From the NCBI GenBank assembly GCA_046052125.1, contig JBJOMY010000006.1, forward strand, positions 46,377 to 110,376: 64,000 bases of DNA, written 5' to 3'. Made by a program: the position numbers and the translations under genes. This document shows positions 1 through 10,148 of this stretch, piece after piece. The notes below the pieces were generated by a model. It did not search any database. It had not been told where the DNA came from and saw only the letters and a list, made by a program, of their open reading frames with translations. Numbering within the stretch: position 1 is the first letter of the stretch; every line of letters starts with the position of its first letter. Origin of the DNA: Cyanobacteriota bacterium. Its GTDB lineage: Bacteria; Cyanobacteriota; Cyanobacteriia; PCC-6307; Cyanobiaceae.

Positions 1-245
1 AGCTGTTCGCCCAGCTGGAGCAGCAATTTCAAGCCGGTGGTGAGCAGCGGGTGCAGGCGCTGGCGGTGTGCAGCGCCTGGCGCCACCGCGATGCCCTACC
101 GCTGATCCGCCGCGGCCTACGCGACAGCGACTGCCAGGTGGCGGCTCTCGCCGCTGAAGCCATGGCCCATTTCCGGGGCCGCAGCGCTGCAGCGCCTCAG
201 CCTGCCCCCGCCAAAGCACCGCGCAACGTTTCGCGCACCCGGTAG
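1..245 (+). CDS. 3' part of a HEAT-repeat-like protein (truncated by window edge)
   Basis: Frame reads ...ALPLIRRGLRDSDCQVAALAAEAM..., a HEAT/PBS-lyase-like LxDxxxxV pattern; stop at 243-245. Confidence 0.55.
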   Translation, partial: LFAQLEQQFQAGGEQRVQALAVCSAWRHRDALPLIRRGLRDSDCQVAALAAEAMAHFRGRSAAAPQPAPAKAPRNVSRTR

Positions 246-1183
246 ATGGGCCGGCCCTGGCTCTCGTGATAGGTGCGCATCTGCAGCTCGGCCAGCAGGC
301 CAAAGCAGAACAACTGCACCCCAGCGATTAAAGCGAGCACGGCCACCAACAGCAGCGGCCGATCACCGATCTCCGCCCCCATCAGCTTCTCCACCAGTAG
401 GTAGGCGCTGAGCACCGCGCCCAGGGCGATCCCCACCAGGCCGCCGAAGCCGAACACGTACATCGGCCGGGTGAGGAAGCGCTTCATGAACCACACGGTG
501 AGCAGATCCATCAGCACCCGGAAGGTGCGGTCGATGCCGTACTTGCTCTGCCCGAACTGGCGGGCGTTGTGGTTCACCTTCACCTCGCTGATCCGGGCTC
601 CCTCGATGAAGGCCAGGGCCGGCAGGAAGCGATGCAGCTCGCCGTAGAGGTTCATGTCTTCCACCAGCTCGCGGCGATAAGCCTTGAGGGAACAGCCGTA
701 GTCGTGCAGCTGCACACCCGTGACCCGGGCGATCAGACGGTTGGCGATCTTGCTCGGCAGCAGGCGGCTCACGGCGTTGTCCTGGCGTTGATGGCGCCAA
801 CCGCTCACCAGGTCGTAGCCCTGCTCCAGCTGCTCCAGCAGCATCGGGATATCAGCAGGATCGTTCTGCAGATCGCCATCGAGGGTCACGATCACCTCGC
901 CGCGACTGGCATCGAAACCGGCCGACATTGCTGGGGTCTGGCCGTAATTGCGGCGCAGCAGCACCGCCACCAGCTCAGGCGTCTGGGCCGCCAATTGCTT
1001 CAACACCGCTGCGGTGCCATCGCTGGAGCCGTCGTCCACCAGCACCAGCTCAAACGGTCGCCCCAACGGCCGCAGGGCCGCCAGCAGCCGCTCCACCAAC
1101 AGCGGCAGGCTCTCCTCCTCATTGAACAGAGGCACCACGATCGAGAGCTGCGGCGCAGCGAGGCAGTCGGCGCTAACGCTCAC
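197..1183 (-). CDS. Glycosyltransferase family 2 (ArnC/DPM-synthase-like, two C-terminal TM helices)
   Basis: LSIVVPLFNEEE, VDDGSSDGT, RRNYGQTPA, DGDLQNDP motifs; likely GTG start at 1183 (ORF-track extension to 1420 overlaps the next gene). Confidence 0.9.
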   Translation of the reverse strand: MSVSADCLAAPQLSIVVPLFNEEESLPLLVERLLAALRPLGRPFELVLVDDGSSDGTAAVLKQLAAQTPELVAVLLRRNYGQTPAMSAGFDASRGEVIVTLDGDLQNDPADIPMLLEQLEQGYDLVSGWRHQRQDNAVSRLLPSKIANRLIARVTGVQLHDYGCSLKAYRRELVEDMNLYGELHRFLPALAFIEGARISEVKVNHNARQFGQSKYGIDRTFRVLMDLLTVWFMKRFLTRPMYVFGFGGLVGIALGAVLSAYLLVEKLMGAEIGDRPLLLVAVLALIAGVQLFCFGLLAELQMRTYHESQGRPIYRVRETLRGALAGAG

Positions 1184-1235
1184 GGGATCGGGCTTCCACT
1201 GGCCAGAACCGTAGGTGAACGCACCCAAAAGCCGA

Positions 1236-1988
1236 TTAAGGAAGGCTGCTGCCGTCGTGGCAACGCACCACCCGGCCGCCGCCGCGCAGCTCACGCCGGT
1301 AGTGCACGCCCACCGGATCCTGCAGCTGCAGATCCAGGCCATCGATGCCGATGCCATTGCGGCCGCACTCCCGGCCGGAGCTGTGGAGGTAGCGCCCTGC
1401 ACCCACGTAGAGCCCCACATGGGTGCAGCGCTGCGGACGCCCGAAGAAGATCAGATCGCCGGGCCTGAGCAGGCTGTAGCAACCCGGCTGCACCGCCACC
1501 GGCTGGCAGAAGCGCTCCTGCTGGTAGGCATCGCGGGGAAGCCAGATGCCCGCACTGGCAAAAGCGGCCTGCACCAGGCCTGAGCAATCGAAATCGGGGC
1601 CGAGCGTTCCACCCCACAAATACTGATTGGGCTGCTGGCGTGCCCGCTCGGCAAAGGCGAGCACCGCGGGCAGCGCTCTGCTGATCTGCGCGGCATCGAG
1701 CAGCAAGGGCTGGGGGGGCCGGCAGGCGCGGGCGTGGCCCAAGAGCTGGCGGGGGTTCACCCAGCCGGGATAGCCGTCTTCCAGCAGCCGCACCCGCAAG
1801 CGTGAAGCGCCGGGCTGCAAGCCATCCACCACCGTGAAACAGCGGCCGGCAGCTGCCTGGGTGGCCAAGCCGGGACCAGACCAATGGCTGGTGAGATCTA
1901 GCGGAGCCGTGAGGCGCCAGCTGCTGCCGGGCTGAAGCAGCTCCAGCGCCACCGGTGTGCCCTCAGCCAACCTGCCTAATCTCGCCAT
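1236..1988 (-). CDS. NlpC/P60 (C40) cell-wall peptidase with SH3-like N-terminus
   Basis: YLWGG...DCSGLVQ...LPRDAYQQ, PGDLIFF, HVGLY motifs. Confidence 0.9.
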   Translation of the reverse strand: MARLGRLAEGTPVALELLQPGSSWRLTAPLDLTSHWSGPGLATQAAAGRCFTVVDGLQPGASRLRVRLLEDGYPGWVNPRQLLGHARACRPPQPLLLDAAQISRALPAVLAFAERARQQPNQYLWGGTLGPDFDCSGLVQAAFASAGIWLPRDAYQQERFCQPVAVQPGCYSLLRPGDLIFFGRPQRCTHVGLYVGAGRYLHSSGRECGRNGIGIDGLDLQLQDPVGVHYRRELRGGGRVVRCHDGSSLP

Positions 1989-2005
1989 TACCCCCTTTGG
2001 CTGCG

Positions 2006-2932
2006 ATGGCGTTCTACTGCCCGGATGGGGCGATGGCCCAACAGCTGGAGGCCACCATCGCGGCGCTGGCGGCGGAAGGACGGCCCGGCCTCCACGAGCA
2101 GCTGTCGATCACCTGGCTGCGCTACGGCAGCTCCCTGATCGACAGCGCTTCCTCCCGCAGCGATCTGGCCAGCTTCTGGGCCGAGCCGCCCCGCGGCACC
2201 AGTTGGCAGGGGAGCCAGCCGCGCTATCCCGCCAGCGTGGTGAAGCTGCTGTATCTGGTAGCGGCTGAAGCCTGGCTGCAGCGCCAGCTCCTCGACGACA
2301 CCGCGGAGCTGCGGCGTGCCCTGGCGGACATGATCCGCGACTCCAGCAACGACGCCACTGGGCTGGTGGTGGATCTGCTCACCGGCACCACCAGCGGCCC
2401 AGACCTCCCCGGCGAGGCCTTTGAGCGCTGGGCGCTGCAACGGCAGCTGGTGAACCAGTGGTGTGAGCAGCTGGCCTGGCCCGAGTGGAGCGGCGGCAAT
2501 GCCTGCCAGAAAACCTGGGGCGACGGCCCCTACGGCCGGGAACGCGCCTTCTACGGCGCCGAGCTGGAGAACCGCAACCGCCTCAGCAGCGATTTCTGCG
2601 CCCGTTTGCTGCACGCGGTGATCGCCGGAGCGCTGGTGTCGCCGCCGGCATGCGGCCGCATGCGCGAGCTGCTGGCGCGCAGCCTCGATCCGGCGGAACG
2701 GGCTGCCGATCCGGAGAACCAGGTGGATGGCTTCCTCGGGGCCGCCCTACCGGCCGAGGCCAGGTTGTGGAGCAAGGCGGGCTGGATGAGCCAAGCCCGC
2801 CACGATGCGGCCTACATCGAAGCGGAAGGTCACCCCCCCACCCTGCTGGTGGTGTTCAGCGAGGGGCGCGCACGGGCTACCGATGAACAGCTCCTACCGG
2901 AGCTCTGTGCCCGCTTAATGGCCGAGCGCTGA
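2006..2932 (+). CDS. Serine hydrolase, class A beta-lactamase/PBP-like
   Basis: PASVVKL (SxxK), SSNDA (SxN), SKAGW (KTG-like); ATG at 2006. Confidence 0.85.
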   Translation: MAFYCPDGAMAQQLEATIAALAAEGRPGLHEQLSITWLRYGSSLIDSASSRSDLASFWAEPPRGTSWQGSQPRYPASVVKLLYLVAAEAWLQRQLLDDTAELRRALADMIRDSSNDATGLVVDLLTGTTSGPDLPGEAFERWALQRQLVNQWCEQLAWPEWSGGNACQKTWGDGPYGRERAFYGAELENRNRLSSDFCARLLHAVIAGALVSPPACGRMRELLARSLDPAERAADPENQVDGFLGAALPAEARLWSKAGWMSQARHDAAYIEAEGHPPTLLVVFSEGRARATDEQLLPELCARLMAER

Positions 2933-2941
2933 ACAGTACGC

Positions 2942-2975
2942 ATCAAAAAGCCCCCTGTTCAGGGGGCTTTTTGAT
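2942..2975. terminator. Bidirectional intrinsic terminator
   Basis: atcaaaaagccccctg-tt-cagggggctttttgat, an inverted repeat with A/T tails between convergent genes. Confidence 0.85.
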
Positions 2976-2993
2976 CAGGAATCACACCTGGAA

Positions 2994-3082
2994 CGGAGAG
3001 GGAGGGATTCGAACCCTCGACAGAAGTTGCCTCCTGTAACTCCTTAGCAGGGAGCCGCTTTCAACCACTCAGCCACCTCTCC
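2994..3082 (-). tRNA. tRNA-Ser(GCT)
   Basis: Reverse complement GGAGAGGTGGCTGAGTGG...GCT anticodon loop...long variable arm...GGTTCGAATCC...CTCTCCG; CCA not encoded. Confidence 0.97.
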
Positions 3083-3100
3083 AGCGGCCAGCAGAGCTTA

Positions 3101-4291
3101 TCAGCCGCCCGGCCGTGAGGCGGGCAGGCGCGGCAATCGATGCTTGAAACCGCAGAGGATCTCCCAGGGGATCGTGCCGCAGGGTTCACTCCAAGCCAGC
3201 GGATCAATGCGCTCGTCACCATCGCTCCCCAGCAATGTCACCACACTGCCCTGATCCAACTCCGGGGCATCGGTGGCATCGAGCACCAGCTGATCCATGG
3301 TGATCGCCCCCACCTGGGGAATGCGCCGGCCCTGATGCAGCACCTGCAACCGATTGGAGAGCAGGCGCGGCACGCCATCGGCGTAACCGATGCTCACCAC
3401 CGCCAAGCGACTGGGACGCTGGGTGGTGAAGCGATGCCCGTAGCTCACGCCCACCCCGGCAGGCACCTCGCGGATCAGGCTCACCCGGGCCCGCACCTGC
3501 ATGGCCGGCTGCAGCTCGAGGCCACCGCCGAGATGCGCGGCCGGGCGATGGCCGTAGAGGGCGAGGCCCACCCGCACCATGTCGTAGTGGAGCTGGGGGG
3601 TGCGCAGGGTGCCGGCGGAGTTGGCGAGGTGGCGACAGCCGCTGAGCAGGCCACCCAACTGCAGGGCGCTGAGCACCTCGTCAAAGCGCTGCTGCTGCTG
3701 GCGAGTAAGGGGATCTAAACCCGCACCCGGAGCATCGGCATCCGCCAGATGGGAGTACACGCCCGCCAGCTCCACCGCTTCCAGCGCGCCGATCGCCTCC
3801 ACCAACCGCGGGCCGTCCTGCCAGGGGGCACCCAGCCGGGCCATGCCGGTGTCGAGCTTGAGCTGCACCGCCATCGGCCGGCCGCTGCCCGTGGCCAGGT
3901 TCTGGCAGAGCAGCGCCTCACGCATGCCGCTGAGGGTGGGCATCAACTGCCAGTGCAGGCAGGCCCGCAGTTCATCGGGCTGGGTGAGATTGCCCAGCAC
4001 CAGCACCGGTTGGCGCAGACCGGCCTGGCGCAGCTCCACCCCCTCGTGCAGGGTGGCTACCCCGAAACAGCTGGCCCCACCTGCGGCGGCGGCGCGGGCC
4101 ACCGGCACGGCTCCATGGCCATAGCCATCGGCCTTCACCACCGCCATCAGGCTGCAGCCAGCCGCCAGGGAACGCCTCAGGCTGCGGGCGTTGGCCTGCA
4201 CCGCCGCTTCGCACACCTCAACCCAGGCCCGCTGGCGCGGGTGCGGCCAGGGTTCACCCGAGGGACTGATGGCGGGGGAGGCTTCTCTCAT
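3101..4291 (-). CDS. alr: Alanine racemase
   Basis: AVVKADGYGHG PLP-lysine motif, KLDTGMARLG, SYG, IGYADG, ITMDQ. Confidence 0.97.
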   Translation of the reverse strand: MREASPAISPSGEPWPHPRQRAWVEVCEAAVQANARSLRRSLAAGCSLMAVVKADGYGHGAVPVARAAAAGGASCFGVATLHEGVELRQAGLRQPVLVLGNLTQPDELRACLHWQLMPTLSGMREALLCQNLATGSGRPMAVQLKLDTGMARLGAPWQDGPRLVEAIGALEAVELAGVYSHLADADAPGAGLDPLTRQQQQRFDEVLSALQLGGLLSGCRHLANSAGTLRTPQLHYDMVRVGLALYGHRPAAHLGGGLELQPAMQVRARVSLIREVPAGVGVSYGHRFTTQRPSRLAVVSIGYADGVPRLLSNRLQVLHQGRRIPQVGAITMDQLVLDATDAPELDQGSVVTLLGSDGDERIDPLAWSEPCGTIPWEILCGFKHRLPRLPASRPGG

Positions 4292-4393
4292 CCACCTGGA
4301 AGATCTGCAGAGCGTAAGCGGGACTGCACGACGCCACTGGACGTTCCCCCTAGCATGGCGAGCAAATCACGGGCTGCCAGGGGAACCACTCCC

Positions 4394-4918
4394 ATGGGCC
4401 ACGTTCTCGTTCTCAACGCCTCCTACGAGCCGCTGAACGTCACCAGCTGGCGGCGCGCCACGGTGATGGTGCTCAAGGGCAAGGCCGAAGGGCTGGAACA
4501 TGCCACGGATCTGCAGCTGCGCCCCGGGCTGCATCGCCCCACGGTGATCCGGCTACGCCAGTTCGTGCGCGTGCCGTTCCGGGCGCTACCGCTGACGCGC
4601 CGCAACCTGTTCCATCGCGACGGCCATTGCTGCCAATACTGCGGCAGCCAGAGCGAGCGGCTCTCGATTGACCACGTGATCCCACGCAGCCGCGGCGGCG
4701 ATCACAGCTGGGACAACGTGACCACCGCTTGCCTGCGCTGCAATGTTCACAAGGGCAATCGCACCCCGCGGGAAGCCGGGATGGTGCTGCTCCACCAACC
4801 CCGCCGCCCCCTGAGCGGACCGCTGTTTGAAGCCCAGCGTCAGATGGCCAGCGGCCAGCACAGCGAATGGGCGAAGTACGTGCAGGGCTGGGACGACAAC
4901 GGCCTAGCCGCCGCCTGA
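4394..4918 (+). CDS. Stand-alone HNH endonuclease (McrA-like)
   Basis: [53 protein letters not shown] at 4394. Confidence 0.92.
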   Translation: MGHVLVLNASYEPLNVTSWRRATVMVLKGKAEGLEHATDLQLRPGLHRPTVIRLRQFVRVPFRALPLTRRNLFHRDGHCCQYCGSQSERLSIDHVIPRSRGGDHSWDNVTTACLRCNVHKGNRTPREAGMVLLHQPRRPLSGPLFEAQRQMASGQHSEWAKYVQGWDDNGLAAA

Positions 4919-6007
4919 CGCCTGCTCCGCCAGTTCCTCGAGCTGGCGCCGCTGATCCGCCGACACGCAAGCGCCGATCAGTTCCGCCAGCTGCCCCTGC
5001 AGCACCGGCTCCAAGGAGAAGTTGCGGCCCAGGCGGTGATCGGTGGTGCGGTTGTCTTTGTAGTTGTAGGTGCGGATTTTCTCGCTGCGATCACCCGTGC
5101 CCACCTGAGCAAGGCGGGCGGAGCGTTCCTCGGCGTTGGCCGCCGCCAGCTCGCGCTCATACAGCTTGGCCCGCAGGATCTCCAGGGCCCGCTCGCGGTT
5201 TTGGAGCTGCGAGCGCTCCTGGGTGCAGAACACGCGGATGCCCGTGGGTTTGTGGAGCAGATCCACCGCGGTTTCCACCTTGTTCACGTTCTGGCCGCCG
5301 GCGCCACCGGAGCGGGCGGTGCTGATCTCGAGGTCGCCCGGATCGATCTGCACCTCCACCGGATCCGCCTCTGGCATCACCGCCACGGTGGCAGTGGAGG
5401 TGTGCACGCGTCCCTGGGATTCGGTGGCCGGCACCCGCTGCACGCGATGCACGCCAGCCTCAAACTTCAGCTGGCTGAACACACCCTCACCTTTGATCGC
5501 CAGGATCAGTTCCTTGTAACCGCCCAGCTCCGCCTCGGAGGCGCTCACCGGCATCACCTTCCAGCCCACACTCTGGGCGTAGCGCTCGTACATCCGCGCT
5601 AGATCGCCGGCCCACAAAGCCGCTTCATCCCCACCGGCACCAGCACGGATCTCCAGCATCACGCTGCGTTCATCGCGCGGATCGCGGGGCAGCAACGCGA
5701 GGGTGAGCTGCTCCTCGAGGGCGCCGATCCGGGCGGCCAACTCGGCCAGCTCCTCCTGAGCCAGGGCCTCGAGTTCGAGATCGCCGCGGCTTTCGCGCAA
5801 CAGTTCCCGCGCCTGCTGCTCCTGGTGGCGCAGACGCTCCAACTCCGCATACCCCGTCACCAGGGGCTCGAGCCGCGCCCGCTCTCGGGCAATCGGTTCC
5901 AGCTGCGCCGGGTTGGCTGCCACATCGGGATCGGCGAGCTGACGCTCGAGGGTCTCGAAGGTGGTGCGGGCCGTTTCGAGGCGCTCGCTCAGGAAGGAAG
6001 CATCCAT
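4904..6007 (-). CDS. prfA: Peptide chain release factor 1
   Basis: [15 protein letters not shown] (GGQ), [23 protein letters not shown]. Confidence 0.98.
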   Translation of the reverse strand: MDASFLSERLETARTTFETLERQLADPDVAANPAQLEPIARERARLEPLVTGYAELERLRHQEQQARELLRESRGDLELEALAQEELAELAARIGALEEQLTLALLPRDPRDERSVMLEIRAGAGGDEAALWAGDLARMYERYAQSVGWKVMPVSASEAELGGYKELILAIKGEGVFSQLKFEAGVHRVQRVPATESQGRVHTSTATVAVMPEADPVEVQIDPGDLEISTARSGGAGGQNVNKVETAVDLLHKPTGIRVFCTQERSQLQNRERALEILRAKLYERELAAANAEERSARLAQVGTGDRSEKIRTYNYKDNRTTDHRLGRNFSLEPVLQGQLAELIGACVSADQRRQLEELAEQASGGG

Positions 6008-6048
6008 GGCGTCAGGGGAGCTGCATCAGGCAACGGTGGACGGGCAGC

Positions 6049-6079
6049 AAAAAGCCGGATGCCCAGGAGCATCCGGCTT
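6049..6079 (-). terminator. Intrinsic terminator after rpmE
   Basis: aagccggatgc...gcatccggctt stem followed by a U-tract on the minus strand. Confidence 0.75.
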
Positions 6080-6110
6080 GGGACGTAATGGGTTGCCTGA
6101 AGGCAGCCAA

Positions 6111-6368
6111 TCAGGCTTTGGCTGCAGCGTCTTTGGTGTCGCTGCCCTGGGCATCGGAAGCACCGGCCATGCCGTACTTGCGCATGAAGCGGTCCACACG
6201 ACCCTCGGTGTCGAGGATCTTCTGGGTGCCGGTATAGAAGGGATGGTTGCCACTCCACACATCCACGTGGAGTTCGGGCGAGGTGGAGCCGGTGGTCATC
6301 ACCACCTCTCCATTGCAGATCACCTTGGCATCGGGATACCAGGTGGGATGGATTTCGGCCTTCGGCAT
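6111..6368 (-). CDS. rpmE: 50S ribosomal protein L31
   Basis: MPKAEIHPTWY...DVWSGNHPFYTG...GRVDRF. Confidence 0.97.
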   Translation of the reverse strand: MPKAEIHPTWYPDAKVICNGEVVMTTGSTSPELHVDVWSGNHPFYTGTQKILDTEGRVDRFMRKYGMAGASDAQGSDTKDAAAKA

Positions 6369-6400
6369 AACGAATACAGAGCTGAGGTGCGGAAGCTGAA

Positions 6401-6802
6401 TCAGCGCTTGGAGAACTGAGGAGCCTTACGGGCTTTCTTCAGGCCGTACTTACGACGCTCCTTGGCGCGGGGGTCGCGGCTGAGGTGACCTTCAGTCTTC
6501 AGGGGCTTGCGGTTCTCCGGGGAGAGCTCACACAGCGCACGCGCTGCACCCTGCTTGATGGCATCAGCCTGGCCGGTGAGACCGCCGCCGCGCACGTTCA
6601 CGAGGATGTCGTACTCGCTGGCCAGACCCAGGGTCTGAAGAGGAGCAGTCACCGCCGCCATGTAAACGGGGTTGTAGTTCAGGTAGTTGTCACCGGGACG
6701 ACCGTTGATGGTGACGGTGCCGGTGCCGGGGACCACACGCACGCGAGCAACGGCGGTCTTGCGGCGGCCAGTTCCCCAGTAAACGACTTTGTTGGTGCTC
6801 AT
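6401..6802 (-). CDS. rpsI: 30S ribosomal protein S9
   Basis: [12 protein letters not shown]...[20 protein letters not shown]. Confidence 0.98.
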   Translation of the reverse strand: MSTNKVVYWGTGRRKTAVARVRVVPGTGTVTINGRPGDNYLNYNPVYMAAVTAPLQTLGLASEYDILVNVRGGGLTGQADAIKQGAARALCELSPENRKPLKTEGHLSRDPRAKERRKYGLKKARKAPQFSKR

Positions 6803-7251
6803 TGGGCGGAAGCGGCGGGATCGAGGGCGAGGGCCTTGGGCTGCTGGGCGGCGTGGGGATGCTCAGCACCCTTGTACACCTTCAGCTTGCGGAACAGCTG
6901 ACGACCGAGGGCGTTGTGGGGGAGCATGCCCTTCACAGCCTTCTCGATGATCCGCTCAGGAATGCGGGCCTGCAGCGCAGCGAAGCTCTCCGTCTTCATG
7001 CCGCCGGGACGGCCAGAGTGACGGCGATAGACCTTCTGGGTGAACTTGTTACCGCTCACCTTCACCTTGTCGGCATTGATCACGACGACGAAGTCGCCAG
7101 CGTCAATGTGAGGGGCGAAGTTGGGGTTGTTCTTACCCCGAAGCACCGATGCCACTTCGCTGGCGAGACGGCCGAGGGTCTGGTTCTCAGCATCCACCAG
7201 ATACCACTGGCGACTGGAGGGATCCTGAGGGGGAACGAGAGTCTTGTTCAT
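6799..7251 (-). CDS. rplM: 50S ribosomal protein L13
   Basis: [16 protein letters not shown]...AVKGMLP...KLKVY...HPHAAQQP. Confidence 0.98.
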   Translation of the reverse strand: MNKTLVPPQDPSSRQWYLVDAENQTLGRLASEVASVLRGKNNPNFAPHIDAGDFVVVINADKVKVSGNKFTQKVYRRHSGRPGGMKTESFAALQARIPERIIEKAVKGMLPHNALGRQLFRKLKVYKGAEHPHAAQQPKALALDPAASAQ

Positions 7252-7428
7252 CGCACCGGCGGGCCGGATCGGTAAAGCTCCACTGCTCAGCGAGTGAGCA
7301 AGGGGCGGGACAGGGTGTCTGGACGGAAGGTCTGGACTGGGACGGCAGGGCGTCCGATCACTCGGACGACTGAAGCTCGTGGAGCGACCCTACCTCGCCG
7401 CCTGACCAGCCCCATCTCAGGAGCTTGT

Positions 7429-8283
7429 TCAAGCGCGGGGCGGGGAGTCTGAACACTCCAGCAAATACCGCGGTTGGCAATCATACCAGGCGGCTTCAGG
7501 GAACATGGGTTCCGGGTAGCCCACCCGCAGCAGGCAAAGCCCCTGCGGAGGCGCCGCCTCCTTCACCTCCTCACGGGCACCGCTGCGCCAGCGCCGGGCA
7601 AAGCTCTCGAGGCTGAGGCGCCTCTCCGCCACCGCCACCAGCTGCCCCATCACCAACCGCACCATGCCGTAGAGAAAGCCGCTGGCCTGCAATTCCACCT
7701 CGATGAGATCGCCGCGGCGTTCCACCTGCACCTCCTGCAGGGTGGTGCGGGAGTGGGAGCGGGCACTGCCTGCCCGCTCAAAGGCCGCGAAGTCGTGCTC
7801 CCCGAGCATGCCTTCCAGCGCCTCGCGCATCAGCCCTTCATCCAGCCTCAGCTGGTAGCGGTGCCAGCTCCAGGGGGCCAGAAACAGATTGGGAATCCGG
7901 GCGTTGTAGATGGTGTAGCGATAGCGCCGGTAGCTAGCGCTGAAGCAGGCGTGCCACTCGGCCGGCACCTCCACGCCCGCCCGAACGCGGATCGTGGGCG
8001 GAAGACGGCCATTGAGGGCCGCGGGCCAGCGCTGGGCAGGGATCGGCCCCATGGCATCGAAATGGGCCACCTGGCCGGCCGCATGCACGCCGGTATCGGT
8101 GCGTCCAGCGGCGTGCAGGCGCACCGGCCGGCCTGGATCCAGTGCCGCGATCGCCGCCTCCAGGGTCTCCTGCACGCTTGGATCCCGGGGCTGCCGCTGC
8201 CAGCCGCAGAAGCCAGAGCCGTCGTATTGCAGGCAGAGAGCAATGCGACGCGATCCAGGGGTGGCAACAGGGTGATCAGCCAT
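7429..8283 (-). CDS. truA: tRNA pseudouridine(38-40) synthase
   Basis: [39 protein letters not shown]. Confidence 0.97.
   Translation of the reverse strand: MADHPVATPGSRRIALCLQYDGSGFCGWQRQPRDPSVQETLEAAIAALDPGRPVRLHAAGRTDTGVHAAGQVAHFDAMGPIPAQRWPAALNGRLPPTIRVRAGVEVPAEWHACFSASYRRYRYTIYNARIPNLFLAPWSWHRYQLRLDEGLMREALEGMLGEHDFAAFERAGSARSHSRTTLQEVQVERRGDLIEVELQASGFLYGMVRLVMGQLVAVAERRLSLESFARRWRSGAREEVKEAAPPQGLCLLRVGYPEPMFPEAAWYDCQPRYLLECSDSPPRA
7480..7488 (-). promoter_or_regulatory. Putative extended -10 promoter (TGgTATGAT) for rplM-rpsI-rpmE, inside the truA 3' end
   Basis: Minus strand tggTATGATtg about 230 nt upstream of the rplM ATG; inferred from similarity to the sigma70 consensus only. 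Confidence 0.45.
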
Positions 8284-8300
8284 GGCACAACGGCGCCCAC

Positions 8301-8335
8301 AACAAAGCCGCGCCGGCCCTAAGGCCCTGCGCGGC
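8301..8335 (-). terminator. Probable terminator after rplQ
   Basis: gccgcgcagggcc-tta-gggccggcgcggc-tttgtt on the minus strand. Confidence 0.6.
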
Positions 8336-8358
8336 AGGCTGCAACTGCAGGTGAACGA

Positions 8359-8709
8359 TCAGACGAGCTCGATGATCGCCATCTCGGCGTGGTCACCGCG
8401 GCGGGGCACGGTGCGGATGATGCGGGTGTAACCGCCGTTGCGATCGCCGTAACGCTCCTGGGCCTTGTCGAACAGGGCGTGAACGAGCTGCTTGTCGTAG
8501 ATGTAGCCGATGGCGCGGCGACGGGCAGCGAGGCTGCCGTCCTTGGCCAGGGTGATCATGCGCTCGGCTTCATCGCGCAGGGCCTTGGCACGGGCCTTGG
8601 TGGTGGTGAGGCGACCTTCGCGAATCAGCTGCGTGGTGAGGGCGCGCAGCATGGCTTTGCGTTGGTCGGCGGGGCGTCCCAGCTTGGGAACTCGGCACTG
8701 GTGGCGCAT
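8359..8709 (-). CDS. rplQ: 50S ribosomal protein L17
   Basis: [12 protein letters not shown]...TTTKARAK...GGYTRI...[14 protein letters not shown]. Confidence 0.98.
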   Translation of the reverse strand: MRHQCRVPKLGRPADQRKAMLRALTTQLIREGRLTTTKARAKALRDEAERMITLAKDGSLAARRRAIGYIYDKQLVHALFDKAQERYGDRNGGYTRIIRTVPRRGDHAEMAIIELV

Positions 8710-8759
8710 GACGGTTGCGGAGGGTAAGCGTTAACGGGTAGGGGGAAACTCGCGCTGAA

Positions 8760-9698
8760 TCAGGCGCTGGTGCGGCTCTGGGGCAGGGAGATGCCGATGC
8801 GCTCAAGCGCCTCGATCACCTCATCGGCCGACTTGGAACCGAAGTTCTTGATCTCCAGCAGATCTTCGTAGCTGAAGCCCATCAGGTCGGACACGGAGTT
8901 GACCTGGGCGCGCTTGAGGCAGTTGTAAGCACGAACCGAGAGGTTGAGCTCCTCGAGAGGAATCTGCGCCTCGGCGGAGGGCTCGGGCTCCAGGCCGGGC
9001 TCATCCACCATGGTGAGGCTGGCCAGGGGCTGGAACAGCGCAATCAGCTGATTGGCTGCCTGGGCCATGGCGTCGTCAGGGGTGACCGAACCATCGGTTT
9101 CGATCTCCAGGCGCAGGCGCTCACGGGCCGAACCGCCTTCGCCCACAGCGGTTTCATCCACGCTGTAGTTCACGCGGCGCACGGGCATGAACACGGCGTC
9201 GATCTGCAGGAGATCGATGGCGCTGGTGTCTTCGGTGCGGCGATCCACAGGGCGATAGCCTACGCCGCGCTCTACATGCACCTCAAGCTCGAGGCTGTAG
9301 CCATCAGCCACGGTGGCGATCGGACGGTCGCCGTCGATCACGGTGACCTGCGAGGAGAACTGCAGGTCGGAGGCGGTCACGGTGCAAGGGCCGTTGGCCA
9401 CCAGACGACCGATTTCCAGCTCGCGAGTGCGGCTGCTGACGGCGACGTCCTTGCAGTTGAGCAGGATGTCGAGAACGTCTTCACGCACACCGGGGACGGT
9501 GGCGTATTCGTGGTTCACGCCGGCGATGCGCACGGCGGTGATGGCGCTGCCCTCGAGGGCTCCCATCAGCACGCGGCGCAGGGAGTTGCCGAGGGTGATG
9601 GCCTGACCCCGCTCAAGGGGTCCGATCACAAAGACGCCGGTCTGGGAGCGGTCGTCGGCGATCTGGTGTTCAACCCGATCGATCTGATACTGCAACAC
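8760..9698 (-). CDS. rpoA: RNA polymerase alpha subunit
   Basis: [54 protein letters not shown] start at 9698 (MLQYQID). Confidence 0.98.
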   Translation of the reverse strand: MLQYQIDRVEHQIADDRSQTGVFVIGPLERGQAITLGNSLRRVLMGALEGSAITAVRIAGVNHEYATVPGVREDVLDILLNCKDVAVSSRTRELEIGRLVANGPCTVTASDLQFSSQVTVIDGDRPIATVADGYSLELEVHVERGVGYRPVDRRTEDTSAIDLLQIDAVFMPVRRVNYSVDETAVGEGGSARERLRLEIETDGSVTPDDAMAQAANQLIALFQPLASLTMVDEPGLEPEPSAEAQIPLEELNLSVRAYNCLKRAQVNSVSDLMGFSYEDLLEIKNFGSKSADEVIEALERIGISLPQSRTSA

Positions 9699-9755
9699 GG
9701 TCTGAAGCTCGAAAGAAGAGGAGGAGCCCCCTCTGGGGCGAGGCAAGGCGTCGGA

Positions 9756-10148
9756 TCAGACCCGGCGACGCTTGGAACGACGGCAGCCGTTGTGGGGCAG
9801 TGGGGTGACGTCGCGGATCAGGGTGATCTCCAGACCGGCCACCTGCAGGGCACGGATCGCCGTTTCACGGCCGGAACCAGGACCGCGCACCAGCACCTCG
9901 ATCTGGCGCATCCCCTGCTCAAGGGCGCGACGGGCGGCTGCTTCTGCGGCGGTTTGGGCGGCGAAGGGGGTGCCTTTGCGGGCGCCCTTGAAACCACTGG
10001 CTCCAGCGGAGCTCCAGGAGATCACTTCACCGGCGGTGTCGGTGATCGAAACGATCGTGTTGTTGAAGGTGCTCTGAATGTGCGCCACACCGTTGGGCAC
10101 ATTGCGCTTCGTCTTCTTCGCGCCGGATTTCTTGGCGGGCTTGGCCAT
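9756..10148 (-). CDS. rpsK: 30S ribosomal protein S11
   Basis: [11 protein letters not shown]...[13 protein letters not shown]...PHNGCR. Confidence 0.98.
   Translation of the reverse strand: MAKPAKKSGAKKTKRNVPNGVAHIQSTFNNTIVSITDTAGEVISWSSAGASGFKGARKGTPFAAQTAAEAAARRALEQGMRQIEVLVRGPGSGRETAIRALQVAGLEITLIRDVTPLPHNGCRRSKRRRV

Noticed and set aside
3749..4393. ORF-track N-terminal extension of the HNH gene to 389 aa
   Set aside because: Overlaps alr antisense; the family N-terminus begins at ATG 4394
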